Assembly: GCA_035495115.1 (NCBI GenBank)
Contig: DATJGJ010000010.1
Location: 2,407-66,406, forward strand
Direction of reading: 5' to 3'
DNA length: 64,000 nucleotides
Origin: Minisyncoccota bacterium
GTDB lineage: Bacteria > Patescibacteriota > Minisyncoccia > Phycocordibacterales > PALSA-1337
Below, piece after piece: positions 9,664-19,585 of the stretch (position 1 is the first letter of the stretch; every line of letters starts with the position of its first letter). The notes under the pieces were generated by a model. That model saw nothing but the letters and a program-made list of their open reading frames with translations, was not told where the DNA came from and searched no databases. Made by a program: the position numbers and the translations under genes.

Positions 9664-10954
9664 ATATCTCGGTCCAATCGACTATATTGTATCCGCCACC
9701 TGGGCCCGCTTGGAAAAGGGTACTCGGTAGACCGCGGTCATACGTGACATTCGCTGTGTTTGAAAGAACGATCTTGTAGCCAGTTGCTTCTTTGACACCG
9801 GCACTTTGGTTGATAGAGATTTGTCCATGTATAGCATAACCTACCAGTGCTGATGAGCTTTGACTGATGCTTATTGCATCATTAGAACCTCCATTTTCTG
9901 CGCTATTATTTTGTGAAATCATAAACACGAATGAGTTTGGAGATCCTGATCCTTGAAACGCAGTTCCGCTATTGAGCGAGATGACACTGCCTGTTGTGCG
10001 GTTCGACGGGTCATCAGCGACAATTGCTACATTTTGGCTGCCAAGGGTGGATGCCATTTGAATAGTAGAGCCAGTCTCGACTGTTATATTGCCCGTCACC
10101 CAAATCGGACCAGAAACTGTCACTGTTGAGCCTTTTATATCTAGATCGCAGGTAATTTTTTGTGCAGTTAAAGTGACGCTGGTATTTTTGATTGTATATA
10201 TGCCTGTGCAGTTATTGGTTCCTCCAGCAGCCGCATCGCTTTCCCATTGTGCGATTTGAGCATCGGTGATTGGCAAGTCTATGCTTCCTTGGTCGGGGCT
10301 ATTTGGATATTTGGTACCAGGAACATGCGAGGATGTGTAACTATCGATGGTCGCAGCACTATAGTAGTAAGCGTCCTTGCCTGAAGAAGAGTTCTGTAGT
10401 GTGTGGGCGTAGAGTGTGCCCGTTGCATTGATACCGCTGATGAGACCGGTTGGACCAGCGGAGATGACGTCGCCATTGATGGTGTTTCCTGCGCCAGTTA
10501 CTGTTCCATTTGAAAACACATTTCCTGTCACGCTTGAGCTGTTATTCAACACGAATCCTCCTTCGCCAGACTGGATGCCGTAATGAAATGAGACACCAGT
10601 GCCAAGCGTTAGGTCCATCTGGATATTTCTCTGGTACAAATCAGTTGGAGAGGTGATAGTGACTCTCTTTCCGGTGGAAGTATTCGTCACAGCTATGGTT
10701 GCTGTGCTCGAACCGAGCGTGAGATTGAATGATGGTGCGATTTGTTTGCTGTTTTTCAATCTGTACAGCGCCTCGTTCACTGCACTATCTGCCAATAGGA
10801 AGGCCTGCTTTGAGCTAATCGAGGCTTGGGTATTGGCGTAGTGCGATATGACAGGGTAGCCGATACCGTTGATGATCAAAAGTGAGATAGCGAGAAAGAG
10901 GATTGTATTCAGAATGATGACTTGACCGCGATTGTAGAGTATTTTTTTCCGCAT
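9662..10954 (-). CDS. PilX-like minor pilin with large beta-rich C-terminal domain
   Basis: NRG|QVIILNTILF prepilin-like leader without Glu5; QAFLLADSAVNEALYRL (PilX N-terminal pattern); Ser/Thr/Gly-rich body. Confidence 0.8.
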   Translation of the reverse strand: MRKKILYNRGQVIILNTILFLAISLLIINGIGYPVISHYANTQASISSKQAFLLADSAVNEALYRLKNSKQIAPSFNLTLGSSTATIAVTNTSTGKRVTITSPTDLYQRNIQMDLTLGTGVSFHYGIQSGEGGFVLNNSSSVTGNVFSNGTVTGAGNTINGDVISAGPTGLISGINATGTLYAHTLQNSSSGKDAYYYSAATIDSYTSSHVPGTKYPNSPDQGSIDLPITDAQIAQWESDAAAGGTNNCTGIYTIKNTSVTLTAQKITCDLDIKGSTVTVSGPIWVTGNITVETGSTIQMASTLGSQNVAIVADDPSNRTTGSVISLNSGTAFQGSGSPNSFVFMISQNNSAENGGSNDAISISQSSSALVGYAIHGQISINQSAGVKEATGYKIVLSNTANVTYDRGLPSTLFQAGPGGGYNIVDWTEI

Positions 10955-10957
10955 ATA

Positions 10958-11470
10958 TTAATATGAATTTCTCATGATAGCTGCTCCGCTGTATGTACGC
11001 GTTTGGTTCACTCCTTTAAGGTTGAAAGTAATATCTATATCAAAATGAATGGCTGTCGATATAGGCGTAGAGATATTGGTCAAATAAAATCGGCTGATCG
11101 TAACATCTGAAGGCGTGAGATATTGAATTGTACCCGAGTTCTCTTGGTAGGTGAGTCGTCCGTTGCTGATAGTATATTGTTTCGTAAGTTGAACTGAATT
11201 TGCCTGTGCACTGAGTGATAATGATCCTAGAGTCGTACCAAATGCAGTGCCTGCAGCATTCACGCTCTGGCCACTGCGGATGCTTTTAACTATATGGTCG
11301 CTTACGGTGATGCCGACGCTGTCGACATGAGACCCGACTGTGGCCGTGCGGTACCAATCATAGGTTGCCGCGAGAAGCGTCAACATGGCAACGAGCAAAA
11401 GTACAAGTCCGCCCGCATAGACAAGTGTTTCAAGCAAAGTAAAACCGCGTTGTTTAGTTATTGTAGACAT
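10958..11470 (-). CDS. PilW-like minor pilin
   Basis: QRG|FTLLETLVY class III signal peptide. Confidence 0.85.
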   Translation of the reverse strand: MSTITKQRGFTLLETLVYAGGLVLLLVAMLTLLAATYDWYRTATVGSHVDSVGITVSDHIVKSIRSGQSVNAAGTAFGTTLGSLSLSAQANSVQLTKQYTISNGRLTYQENSGTIQYLTPSDVTISRFYLTNISTPISTAIHFDIDITFNLKGVNQTRTYSGAAIMRNSY

Positions 11471-11936
11471 TGTGTATGAGCATTTCAGTCCGAGCTAATG
11501 TTGTGGACGCATTCCCAGATGGAAATACGGTGATGATGACATCCCGCGTATTCGCATCAGTGGTGCCAGACGTAGAGATGTTATCGCTGCTATCACGTTT
11601 TACTGCAGAAAAAACGATTGTACGTACATAGGTATTTTGGATAGTTTGAACTGTCGTGGTTCCGCTGTACGTGCTCCCATCCCAATAAAGATAGTAGGTA
11701 GTATTGAGTGAAAGAGGAGAGATCTTTGTGGACCATCCTGTATCACGCATGATAGTGAGGGCTTCGTCGGCTTCTTCGGTGAGCAATGCCGCTTCAGCAT
11801 AACGGCTGCTCGAGTTTGCCACTTTGAGATAGAGTTGCCATGCACCAGCTATGCCTGTCACTGCCGTTGCAATGATTGCAGCGGAAACAATGATCTCAAC
11901 AACACTTAAGCCTCGTATATAACGATGCGAACTCAT
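11454..11936 (-). CDS. PilV-like minor pilin
   Basis: IRG|LSVVEIIVS class III signal peptide. Confidence 0.82.
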   Translation of the reverse strand: MSSHRYIRGLSVVEIIVSAAIIATAVTGIAGAWQLYLKVANSSSRYAEAALLTEEADEALTIMRDTGWSTKISPLSLNTTYYLYWDGSTYSGTTTVQTIQNTYVRTIVFSAVKRDSSDNISTSGTTDANTRDVIITVFPSGNASTTLARTEMLIHNVYNN

Positions 11937-11942
11937 ATGAGC

Positions 11943-12413
11943 TTATTGTACCACACCTATATTGCCCAAACTCTCAACAACGATATTTTTTTTGCGAGCA
12001 GGATTCGCTATTTCCATGACTGTCACTGTAGCAGTTGAGTTCGTCGCTCCGGTAAGTCGAGTAAAGACGATCGCATCATTTGGGTCAGTAATCGTATTTG
12101 TCAGAGTTGCACCTGAATCAATGGTAGTCGTAGAGTTGCTTGCGCTACTTGTGCTATACGCGCTTCCCATAAAAGTAACATATGAATCGCTATTAAATTT
12201 GACCCCGAAACTCGCGCCATTCTTGCCGGATATAGCGTTTGAGCGCGCTTGTTCCAAAGCAGAGACAATCGAATCAGTAGTTGTCGAAACTATAGCATTG
12301 CTTCTGGCGGTGTTATACCAATATGTACCAATAGACAAAAGTATGCCCGCAATAGCGATGACAAGGAGTATCTCGATGAGAGTGAAGCCTGCGGTAGTAG
12401 ATGGGCGTTGCAT
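11943..12413 (-). CDS. FimT/FimU-like minor pilin
   Basis: AG|FTLIEILLVI, LEQARSNAI; start at ATG 12413, 7 nt after TACAAT. Confidence 0.85.
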   Translation of the reverse strand: MQRPSTTAGFTLIEILLVIAIAGILLSIGTYWYNTARSNAIVSTTTDSIVSALEQARSNAISGKNGASFGVKFNSDSYVTFMGSAYSTSSASNSTTTIDSGATLTNTITDPNDAIVFTRLTGATNSTATVTVMEIANPARKKNIVVESLGNIGVVQ

Positions 12414-12463
12414 GGCGATAATTGTAGCACACCCTGTTCTATGGCTGTGGTACAATTATTCCC

Positions 12464-13228
12464 ATGAATAAAAAACTCATTGTCGGCAATTGGAAAATGA
12501 ATCCAGTCACGCTCGACGAAGCAAAAAAAATAGCTCGAAAAATTAAAAGGGCTTCAGCTGGCCTTGTTTCAGTTGAGACAGTCATTTGTCCTCCGTTTCC
12601 ATTCATCTATCCTTGTACGAGCAAAGGGGAGAGCGCGCTTTTCCATATCGGCGCTCAATCAGCATCAGTAGAGATCGATCGAGGTCCATTTACGGGTGAG
12701 GTGAGCGCTACGATGCTCAAAGAAATAGGTGTTTCATATGTCATTGTCGGTCATTCTGAACAACGTGCGCGAGGTGAAAGCGATAGTATAGTCTCCAAAA
12801 AAGCAAAAGCAGTGCTCGAGGCAGGTCTCTCACCGATCATTTGCGTAGGGGAGACGTCTCGTGACGAAGCTGGGACATATTTGGAAACATTGAAAAATCA
12901 GATCAAACAGAGTTTGGCTGATATACCTCCAAAATTTGCGAGCAACATTATCCTTGCATATGAGCCTGTTTGGGCTATCGGCGCTCAGGAGGCCATGAAA
13001 AACGAAGATATATACGAGTCATCGCTTTTTGTAAAAAAAATCTTCTCTGACATATTTGGACCAGAAGCTGGGGTGAAGGCGAAGGTTCTTTATGGAGGTT
13101 CAGTGAACTACCGCAATGCACCAGATATCATCGCTATCGGCAAAGTCGATGGTCTTCTCGTTGGGCGCGAAAGCGTCAATGCTCCTGGCTTCGTCGAATT
13201 ACTCAAAGCAGTTGATCTCGTAAAGTAA
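12464..13228 (+). CDS. tpiA: Triosephosphate isomerase
   Basis: GNWKMN, VGHSEQR, AYEPVWAIG, LYGGSV. Confidence 0.97.
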   Translation: MNKKLIVGNWKMNPVTLDEAKKIARKIKRASAGLVSVETVICPPFPFIYPCTSKGESALFHIGAQSASVEIDRGPFTGEVSATMLKEIGVSYVIVGHSEQRARGESDSIVSKKAKAVLEAGLSPIICVGETSRDEAGTYLETLKNQIKQSLADIPPKFASNIILAYEPVWAIGAQEAMKNEDIYESSLFVKKIFSDIFGPEAGVKAKVLYGGSVNYRNAPDIIAIGKVDGLLVGRESVNAPGFVELLKAVDLVK

Positions 13229-13229
13229 T

Positions 13230-14396
13230 ATGAAAACATTAAACGATATCCCGCATCTCTCTGGCGTCAAAGTGCTTGTGCGCGTCGATTTTAATGTACC
13301 TATTAAAAATGGCGTTATCACTGATGACTATCGTATACGCAAGGCCATCCCTACTATTGATTTTTTAAAGTCAAAAGGCGCGCGATTGGTCCTTATCAGC
13401 CATATCGAAACTGCTGAAGGTCTCGTGACAGACCAAAGCGAAGAGCCGAGTCTGATCAAAAAGCCAACACTTGCTCCAGTGGCCGAGTATTTGAAAAGGA
13501 AAGATATGCCGGTAACATTCGTCAAGAACATTTCTGCGGCTTTCGATGCGAGCGAGCAGCTCAGCGATGGAGAGATGATTCTCGTTGAGAATATCCGCGA
13601 AAATGAAGGGGAAAAAACAAATGACAAGAAGTTCGCCAAACAGCTGGCCACTCTCGCTGATATATATGTAAACGATGCTTTTTCAGTTTCACATCGCGAA
13701 CATGCGTCAGTGTGCGCCATCGCACAGTTTTTACCGAGCTATGCCGGCATCCAACTCCAAAAAGAAGTCGAGAATCTAAGTTCAGCATTCAATCCTGCTC
13801 ACCCGTTTCTTTTTGTTCTTGGCGGCGCGAAGTTCGATACCAAGCTCCCGCTCATACACAAATTCTTGGCGAGCGCTGATAAGATATTCATCGGAGGGGC
13901 TTTGGCGAATGATGCTCTCAAGGCAAAGGGGTTCAATATAGGCATGTCCAAGACCTCAAATGGGAAGATGGACATCACGCCTATCATCTCTCAACATCAG
14001 ATCATGATGCCAATTGACGTAGTTATTCAGGACCATTCAAACAAAAAGGTTGGCAACGTAAGCAATATGGATGCGATATATGATATTGGCACTGATAGTT
14101 TGGCGGAGCTCAAAGTGAAGATAAACGAAGCACGATTTATCTTATGGAATGGACCGCTCGGACTTTTTGAAAAAGGATTTATCGACGGTACGGTCAAACT
14201 CGCACAAATGATTGCGGAGAGAACTCAGGCGGGCGCAACATCTATGGTGGGCGGGGGAGATACGCTGTCGGCGATTTCGAAGCTCGGCATAGAAGATAAG
14301 TTTAGCTTTGTTTCGACAGGCGGTGGGGCGATGCTCGATTTTCTGGCACAAGGGACATTGCCTGGTATTGAAGCGTTGAAAAACAGCGATAAATAA
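13230..14396 (+). CDS. pgk: Phosphoglycerate kinase
   Basis: RVDFNVP, VNDAFSVSHR, LGGAK, WNGPLG, GGGDT, STGGGA. Confidence 0.97.
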   Translation: MKTLNDIPHLSGVKVLVRVDFNVPIKNGVITDDYRIRKAIPTIDFLKSKGARLVLISHIETAEGLVTDQSEEPSLIKKPTLAPVAEYLKRKDMPVTFVKNISAAFDASEQLSDGEMILVENIRENEGEKTNDKKFAKQLATLADIYVNDAFSVSHREHASVCAIAQFLPSYAGIQLQKEVENLSSAFNPAHPFLFVLGGAKFDTKLPLIHKFLASADKIFIGGALANDALKAKGFNIGMSKTSNGKMDITPIISQHQIMMPIDVVIQDHSNKKVGNVSNMDAIYDIGTDSLAELKVKINEARFILWNGPLGLFEKGFIDGTVKLAQMIAERTQAGATSMVGGGDTLSAISKLGIEDKFSFVSTGGGAMLDFLAQGTLPGIEALKNSDK

Positions 14397-14426
14397 GATT
14401 AAAAACTGCTCATATGTGAGCAGTTT

Positions 14427-14798
14427 TTATAGTAAGCTTTTTATTTTTTGCGCATTTCCTTCAAAATCTTTTTTATCTCCGCCCGTTCCTTCAGCGGGGT
14501 AGATCCATATATGGGCATGAGGAACTTCTTCGCCGATGATCTTACTTTGGATCATCTCCTGACCAAATGCTTTTTGCTGAGCTTTTGCGATCTTGCCGGC
14601 GACCTCAAAATATGAGCCGAGCTTAGGTGCATCCCATACCCAGCGGTAATGGTCTTTCGGGATGATGAGTGTGTGCCCAGGGGAGATTGGGCGGATGTCG
14701 AGAAAAGCGAGATAGGAGTCATCTTCATAGACAATGTGTGCAGGGATTTGCTTCGCTACTATCTTGCAGAATATGCAGGTAGGATCGGTTTTATTCAT
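14427..14798 (-). CDS. HIT family nucleotide hydrolase
   Basis: CIFCKI, AFLDIRPISPGHTLIIPK, VPHAHIW. Confidence 0.92.
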   Translation of the reverse strand: MNKTDPTCIFCKIVAKQIPAHIVYEDDSYLAFLDIRPISPGHTLIIPKDHYRWVWDAPKLGSYFEVAGKIAKAQQKAFGQEMIQSKIIGEEVPHAHIWIYPAEGTGGDKKDFEGNAQKIKSLL

Positions 14799-14880
14799 GA
14801 GGTCATTTTAACATATTAAAATAGGTGCAATAAAAAAGTCTCCGCCAAAATGGTGGAGACTGTGATTGCAATGTGCAAAA

Positions 14881-15420
14881 TTAACTGGCATATACGCTTG
14901 CAAATTCGATTTCAAGGCGTTTGATAAAGAGTCTCATCTCGGGGTAGAGCAGCTCCGCTTTTTCCCGATTCGCTATAAATGCGGAAATGATTTGCGCTAT
15001 ATCATTCCCAAGCGTATGTCGGTTCATAGTCCATGTCCGCAAATTACTTCTGATGATCTCTGAGGCGAAGTTATTCCTGAAAACTTCCAAAATTATTGAC
15101 ATAATGACGTCCTTCCAAAAAATAGGCATCATTGTTTCGTTTACAAGTTCGAGCTCGGGCACGCATACAAATATTTCAGTTACAAGCCCAAGTTCAGGGG
15201 TGCCTTTTCGAATTGACCATGTCCGTTTGAAATTATCTCGACCGCCCCAGATGTTTTCCCATGTGGGAGGCAATCTGCTCGGTGAGACGATGAATATCTT
15301 GAGGGGTCTTTGTAGGAACGATTTCCAAGTATCTGGTATAAGCTCGATCGCCGCAGAGACTATTTGTGAGACATCTGCTCCACCGTAATAGGTTACATCA
15401 ATTTTTTGCATAACATTCAT
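14881..15420 (-). CDS. Hypothetical protein (stand-alone cassette)
   Basis: 179 aa ORF with its own TTGACT promoter near 15479 and terminator hairpin 14832-14861. Confidence 0.55.
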   Translation of the reverse strand: MNVMQKIDVTYYGGADVSQIVSAAIELIPDTWKSFLQRPLKIFIVSPSRLPPTWENIWGGRDNFKRTWSIRKGTPELGLVTEIFVCVPELELVNETMMPIFWKDVIMSIILEVFRNNFASEIIRSNLRTWTMNRHTLGNDIAQIISAFIANREKAELLYPEMRLFIKRLEIEFASVYAS

Positions 15421-15516
15421 TTGTTGTAAATTGTTTCTTATTCTAATCCAGTTCTACCTCATTTTGCCGTTCTAGTCAACGATAGGGGTCTATGCCTACA
15501 TGCTATACTTTTTCCT

Positions 15517-17346
15517 ATGCCGTACGCTATCCGACGAACTATTTCCGCTGATGAACAATCAAAGCTCGCAGCTTTTTCTCCAGTGCTTTCGCATCTGCTC
15601 TTCCATCGCGGTTTTACTGATGTCGTCGATGCCAATGCTTTCATTTTGCCAGATTATGATCTGCACACTCACAACCCATACGTATTGAAAGATGCGGAAA
15701 AGGCAGCTCTGAGAATCATCAAAGCAATACAGAACAATGAGCGCATCACGATTTACTCAGACTATGATGCTGACGGCATTCCAGGTGCAGTTATTTGGAA
15801 TGATTTTTTTACGCGCATAGGGTTCAAGAATTTTTCTATATATATTCCACATCGTCACAACGAAGGCTTCGGTCTCAATCTCGATGCGATCGAGCAGCTT
15901 GCAGACGAAGGTGTGAAACTGCTCATCACCCTCGATTGTGGCATCACTGATGTGAAACCAGTCGCGCTTGCCGTAGAGAAGGGGATGGATGTGATCATCA
16001 CTGATCATCATGAACCGCCAGCTGTATTGCCACCCGCTTTCGCTATCATCGATCACAAGCAAAGCGACTGTCTCTATCCTGACAAAAATCTATGTGGGTC
16101 TGGAGTGGCATACAAGTTGATACAAGCGGTGATAAAGAAGGATAGAGAACAGGAAGAAGATAGAAAGAAGAAAAAAGAAGGCGCCCAAAATGATTCCTCA
16201 ATTTTGAAAAATGGCTGGAAGGACGGTCACGAAAAGTGGCTGCTCGACATGGTCGGTATCGCCACACTTTCAGATATGGTCTCACTCAAAGGAGAGAATA
16301 GAGTCTTCGCTTACTATGGTTTGAATGTGCTGCGCCAGAGCCCACGCAAAGGTTTGGTGAGGCTGCTCGAAAAATTGAAGATCCCCCAAAAGCATCTTAC
16401 CGAAGACGATATCGGTTTCATGATCACGCCGCGCATCAATGCGGCATCGCGCATGGGTTTGCCGATGGATGCATTTAGTTTGCTTTCAGCACAGACAGAT
16501 GAAGATGCGCGAACGTATGCTGATCATTTGGACGCAATCAATAATGAACGTAAAGGTGTCGTAGCCGCACTTTCAAAAGAGATAAAGAAAATATTACATG
16601 ACCGCTATGGTGCCGATGAGTCGTCGCTCCCGCACGCTATAGTTCTGGGCAATCCTGAGTGGCGCCCATCGCTCCTCGGACTTGTGGCAAATACATGTGC
16701 GGAGCAATTGAAGCGCCCTGTTTTTCTCTGGGGTCGAGATGGTGACGGCGGCATCAAAGGGTCGTGTCGCTCAGAGGGGGTGTCGAGCGTTGTCGAGATC
16801 ATGCGCGGCGTACCTGAAGGAGTCTTCATAAAGTATGGAGGACACAAACATTCTGGTGGTTTTGAGGTGAGTAAAGAGCAGGTGCATTTTTTGGATGCGC
16901 ATTTAAACGAAGCGCAGAGTAAAATCAAAAATCAAAAAGCAAAAGGAAAAAGTGAAAGTAAAAAAGAGGAAGTTCAGGTAAACGAGGGTGATGACCATGA
17001 GATGGTCGACATGGAGCTCTCGATCGATGATCTTGATTGGGCTTTGTACAATGATATTGCCAAGCTCGCGCCGTTCGGCATGGACAATCCAAAGCCGGTT
17101 TTTCTTTTCAAAAAAGTTGCGCCTGTTGCGCTCAAGATATTCGGCAAGACTAAGGAGCATGTCGAAGTCAGCTTCGCAAAATCGAATGGACAAAAGATCC
17201 CTGCGATTTCTTTTTTTGGGGCGAACGAACAATGGGTAAAAGAGTTTGTGCCGGGTAAACCAATTGATCTTGTGGCGTCTATTGAGAAGTCGTTGTTCGC
17301 AGGCAGGACTGAGCTGAGGTTAAGGATTATCGATATGCTAAAATGA
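15517..17346 (+). CDS. recJ: Single-stranded DNA exonuclease RecJ
   Basis: DYDADG, TLDCG, ITDHH, PRINAASR, GSCRS, GGH, APFGMDNPKP. Confidence 0.96.
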   Translation: MPYAIRRTISADEQSKLAAFSPVLSHLLFHRGFTDVVDANAFILPDYDLHTHNPYVLKDAEKAALRIIKAIQNNERITIYSDYDADGIPGAVIWNDFFTRIGFKNFSIYIPHRHNEGFGLNLDAIEQLADEGVKLLITLDCGITDVKPVALAVEKGMDVIITDHHEPPAVLPPAFAIIDHKQSDCLYPDKNLCGSGVAYKLIQAVIKKDREQEEDRKKKKEGAQNDSSILKNGWKDGHEKWLLDMVGIATLSDMVSLKGENRVFAYYGLNVLRQSPRKGLVRLLEKLKIPQKHLTEDDIGFMITPRINAASRMGLPMDAFSLLSAQTDEDARTYADHLDAINNERKGVVAALSKEIKKILHDRYGADESSLPHAIVLGNPEWRPSLLGLVANTCAEQLKRPVFLWGRDGDGGIKGSCRSEGVSSVVEIMRGVPEGVFIKYGGHKHSGGFEVSKEQVHFLDAHLNEAQSKIKNQKAKGKSESKKEEVQVNEGDDHEMVDMELSIDDLDWALYNDIAKLAPFGMDNPKPVFLFKKVAPVALKIFGKTKEHVEVSFAKSNGQKIPAISFFGANEQWVKEFVPGKPIDLVASIEKSLFAGRTELRLRIIDMLK

Positions 17347-18113
17347 TACGTATAAGCAATATTATGAATAACACTGAAACAAACATAATCATCTTCACCG
17401 ATGGCTCGTCGAGAGGTAATCCTGGTCCTGGTGGATGGGGAAGCATCATCGTCGTAATAGAAAAAGGGAAAGAAACAAAGAAGGAAGAAACCTATGTTAC
17501 TGAGCTCGGAGGTGGTGACAAACATACGACAAACAACAGAATGGAGCTTACAGCTGCAGTTGAAGGTATATCACATACGCCAAAAGGCTCGCGCATCTTA
17601 CTCCACACTGACTCGTCATACGTCATCAACGGCATCACTAAATGGATCCATGGTTGGAAGAAAAATAATTGGATCACCAAAGCAAAAGAAGATGTGCTCA
17701 ACAAAGATCTCTGGATCAAGCTCGATGCATGTGCAGCAGATCGAAAAGTGGAATGGAAGTACGTCGGCGGTCACATCGGCATCCTTGGCAATGAGCGCTG
17801 CGATCACATCGCCACGGCTTTTGCCGACGGCCGACACATCAAGCTCTATAAAGGCGCACTCTCTCAATATGACCTTCCTGACATTCTCAACGTTTCACAT
17901 AATGAAGCAGATCTGAAGAAGAAAAAGTCTAGCTCATCCAAGTCGAGCGCAAAAGCATACTCGTATGTGAGCATGGTCGGCGGCATCATCGAGACACACA
18001 AGACGTGGGCAGAGTGCGAAAAGCGGGTGAAGGGCGTAAAGGGGACGCGTTACAAAAAATCCATCAGCAGAGAAGATGAAGAAAACATCATCAAAAACTT
18101 CAGCGCTTTTTGA
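17343..18113 (+). CDS. rnhA: Ribonuclease HI with C-terminal hybrid-binding (Cauli_VI-like) domain
   Basis: FTDGSSRGNPGPGGWG, TTNNRMEL, TDSSYV, GHIGILGNERCD; C-terminal TWAECEKRVKGVKGTRYKK. Confidence 0.93.
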   Translation: MIRISNIMNNTETNIIIFTDGSSRGNPGPGGWGSIIVVIEKGKETKKEETYVTELGGGDKHTTNNRMELTAAVEGISHTPKGSRILLHTDSSYVINGITKWIHGWKKNNWITKAKEDVLNKDLWIKLDACAADRKVEWKYVGGHIGILGNERCDHIATAFADGRHIKLYKGALSQYDLPDILNVSHNEADLKKKKSSSSKSSAKAYSYVSMVGGIIETHKTWAECEKRVKGVKGTRYKKSISREDEENIIKNFSAF

Positions 18114-18160
18114 GAACTTTTTAAGTGAAAATTTATCTCGCGCTGATACGATGACTCTCG

Positions 18161-19561
18161 ATGAATCGAAGAGTCATTTTGTTTTGGATGATCATCATCG
18201 GTGGCGCGGCATTTCGCGTCATTGTCTCTTTGAACGTGCCTGTTCCAGAGATTGGAAATTGTTCGAAACAAGAAGTGCAAGGAGAAGGAGTCATCGCTGC
18301 GGATCCTTCATTTGCTGAGAGCGGCCAGGTGCTCGTCGTAGATGTAAAACACATTTCACAAAAAGGGTCAGTGGAAAATGAATGCCCATCTGGTATCACA
18401 ATCCGCATGAAGACAAAACTATATCCGCATTTCCATTATGGAGATGAGATTATTTTTTCGGGAAAATTATCAGCGCCATTCAATTTTAAAAGTGATACTG
18501 GTAGAGCATTTGACTATACAGGATATCTGGCAAAGGACGATATTTTCTATGAGATAAAAAGTGCACAGGTCAAAGCTGATATAAATAGTATGAATAGGGA
18601 CACGAATGTCACAAATATATCGCAGTGGATCACTTCTATTCTGTATAAAATAAAAAGAGGTTTCGTAGATAATTTGAACCAGACTCTCGGCGAGCCACAC
18701 TCTGCTCTTGCTGCTGGACTAGTTGTCGGCGAGAAAAGCGCGCTTGGAAAAGATCTGCTCAACGATTTTCGAACGGTCGGACTCATCCATATCGTCGTCC
18801 TCTCTGGATTCAATATCACTATCGTCGCTGATGCATTGCGTCGACTGCTCACTCGTCTACCCCGCGTATGGGGGATAGTCATTGGTGGCATCGGCATGAT
18901 TTTATTCGGGGTGCTTGTCGGCGGCGGTGCGACCGTCGTGCGCTCGTGCTTCATGGCGAGCATTGCACTCGGCGCAAGTATCATCCGCCGCGATTATCAT
19001 GTCGCTCGGGCGCTGCTCTTTGCTGGCTGTCTCATGCTCATACAAAACCCGCTCATCTTGTTGCACGATCCTTCATTCCAACTTTCATTTTTGGCGACGC
19101 TTGGTCTCATACTGCTTGCCACGCCTTTGGAGAGATTCTTTTATTTTATACCCGAAAAGTTTGGTATGCGTGGGATCTTTGCAGCGACATTTGCCACGCA
19201 GATATTCGTTTCACCTTTTATCCTCTATATGATGGGACAGATATCTATCATCGGTGTTGTCGCCAACATCTTGGTCCTCCCCTTGATACCGATCACTATG
19301 CTTGCAGTGTTCCTCACTGGTTCGATTGGTCTCATCTCCACATTCGTTTCACAGATCTGTGGCTGGGGCGCGCACCTACTGCTCACTTATGAGTTATTCA
19401 TCGTCGAGACATTTGCGCGAGTGCCATATGCATCCATTACATTTCCACAATTTTCTGGATGGTGGGTGGTGGGGTTTTACATTGTTTTCTTTTTGGTTAG
19501 GTTCAAAATGAATAAACCATTGACCCATTTATCGTTTTGGAGTAAGTTTTCAAATAGGTAA
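18161..19561 (+). CDS. comEC: ComEC/Rec2 DNA uptake channel (OB-like and competence domains, no MBL domain)
   Basis: FDYTGYL, GLIHIVVLSGFN, TVVRSCFM, SFQLSFLAT, ANILVLP. Confidence 0.92.
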   Translation: MNRRVILFWMIIIGGAAFRVIVSLNVPVPEIGNCSKQEVQGEGVIAADPSFAESGQVLVVDVKHISQKGSVENECPSGITIRMKTKLYPHFHYGDEIIFSGKLSAPFNFKSDTGRAFDYTGYLAKDDIFYEIKSAQVKADINSMNRDTNVTNISQWITSILYKIKRGFVDNLNQTLGEPHSALAAGLVVGEKSALGKDLLNDFRTVGLIHIVVLSGFNITIVADALRRLLTRLPRVWGIVIGGIGMILFGVLVGGGATVVRSCFMASIALGASIIRRDYHVARALLFAGCLMLIQNPLILLHDPSFQLSFLATLGLILLATPLERFFYFIPEKFGMRGIFAATFATQIFVSPFILYMMGQISIIGVVANILVLPLIPITMLAVFLTGSIGLISTFVSQICGWGAHLLLTYELFIVETFARVPYASITFPQFSGWWVVGFYIVFFLVRFKMNKPLTHLSFWSKFSNR

Positions 19562-19585
19562 CAACAAGCAACTCTTTTAAAACTT

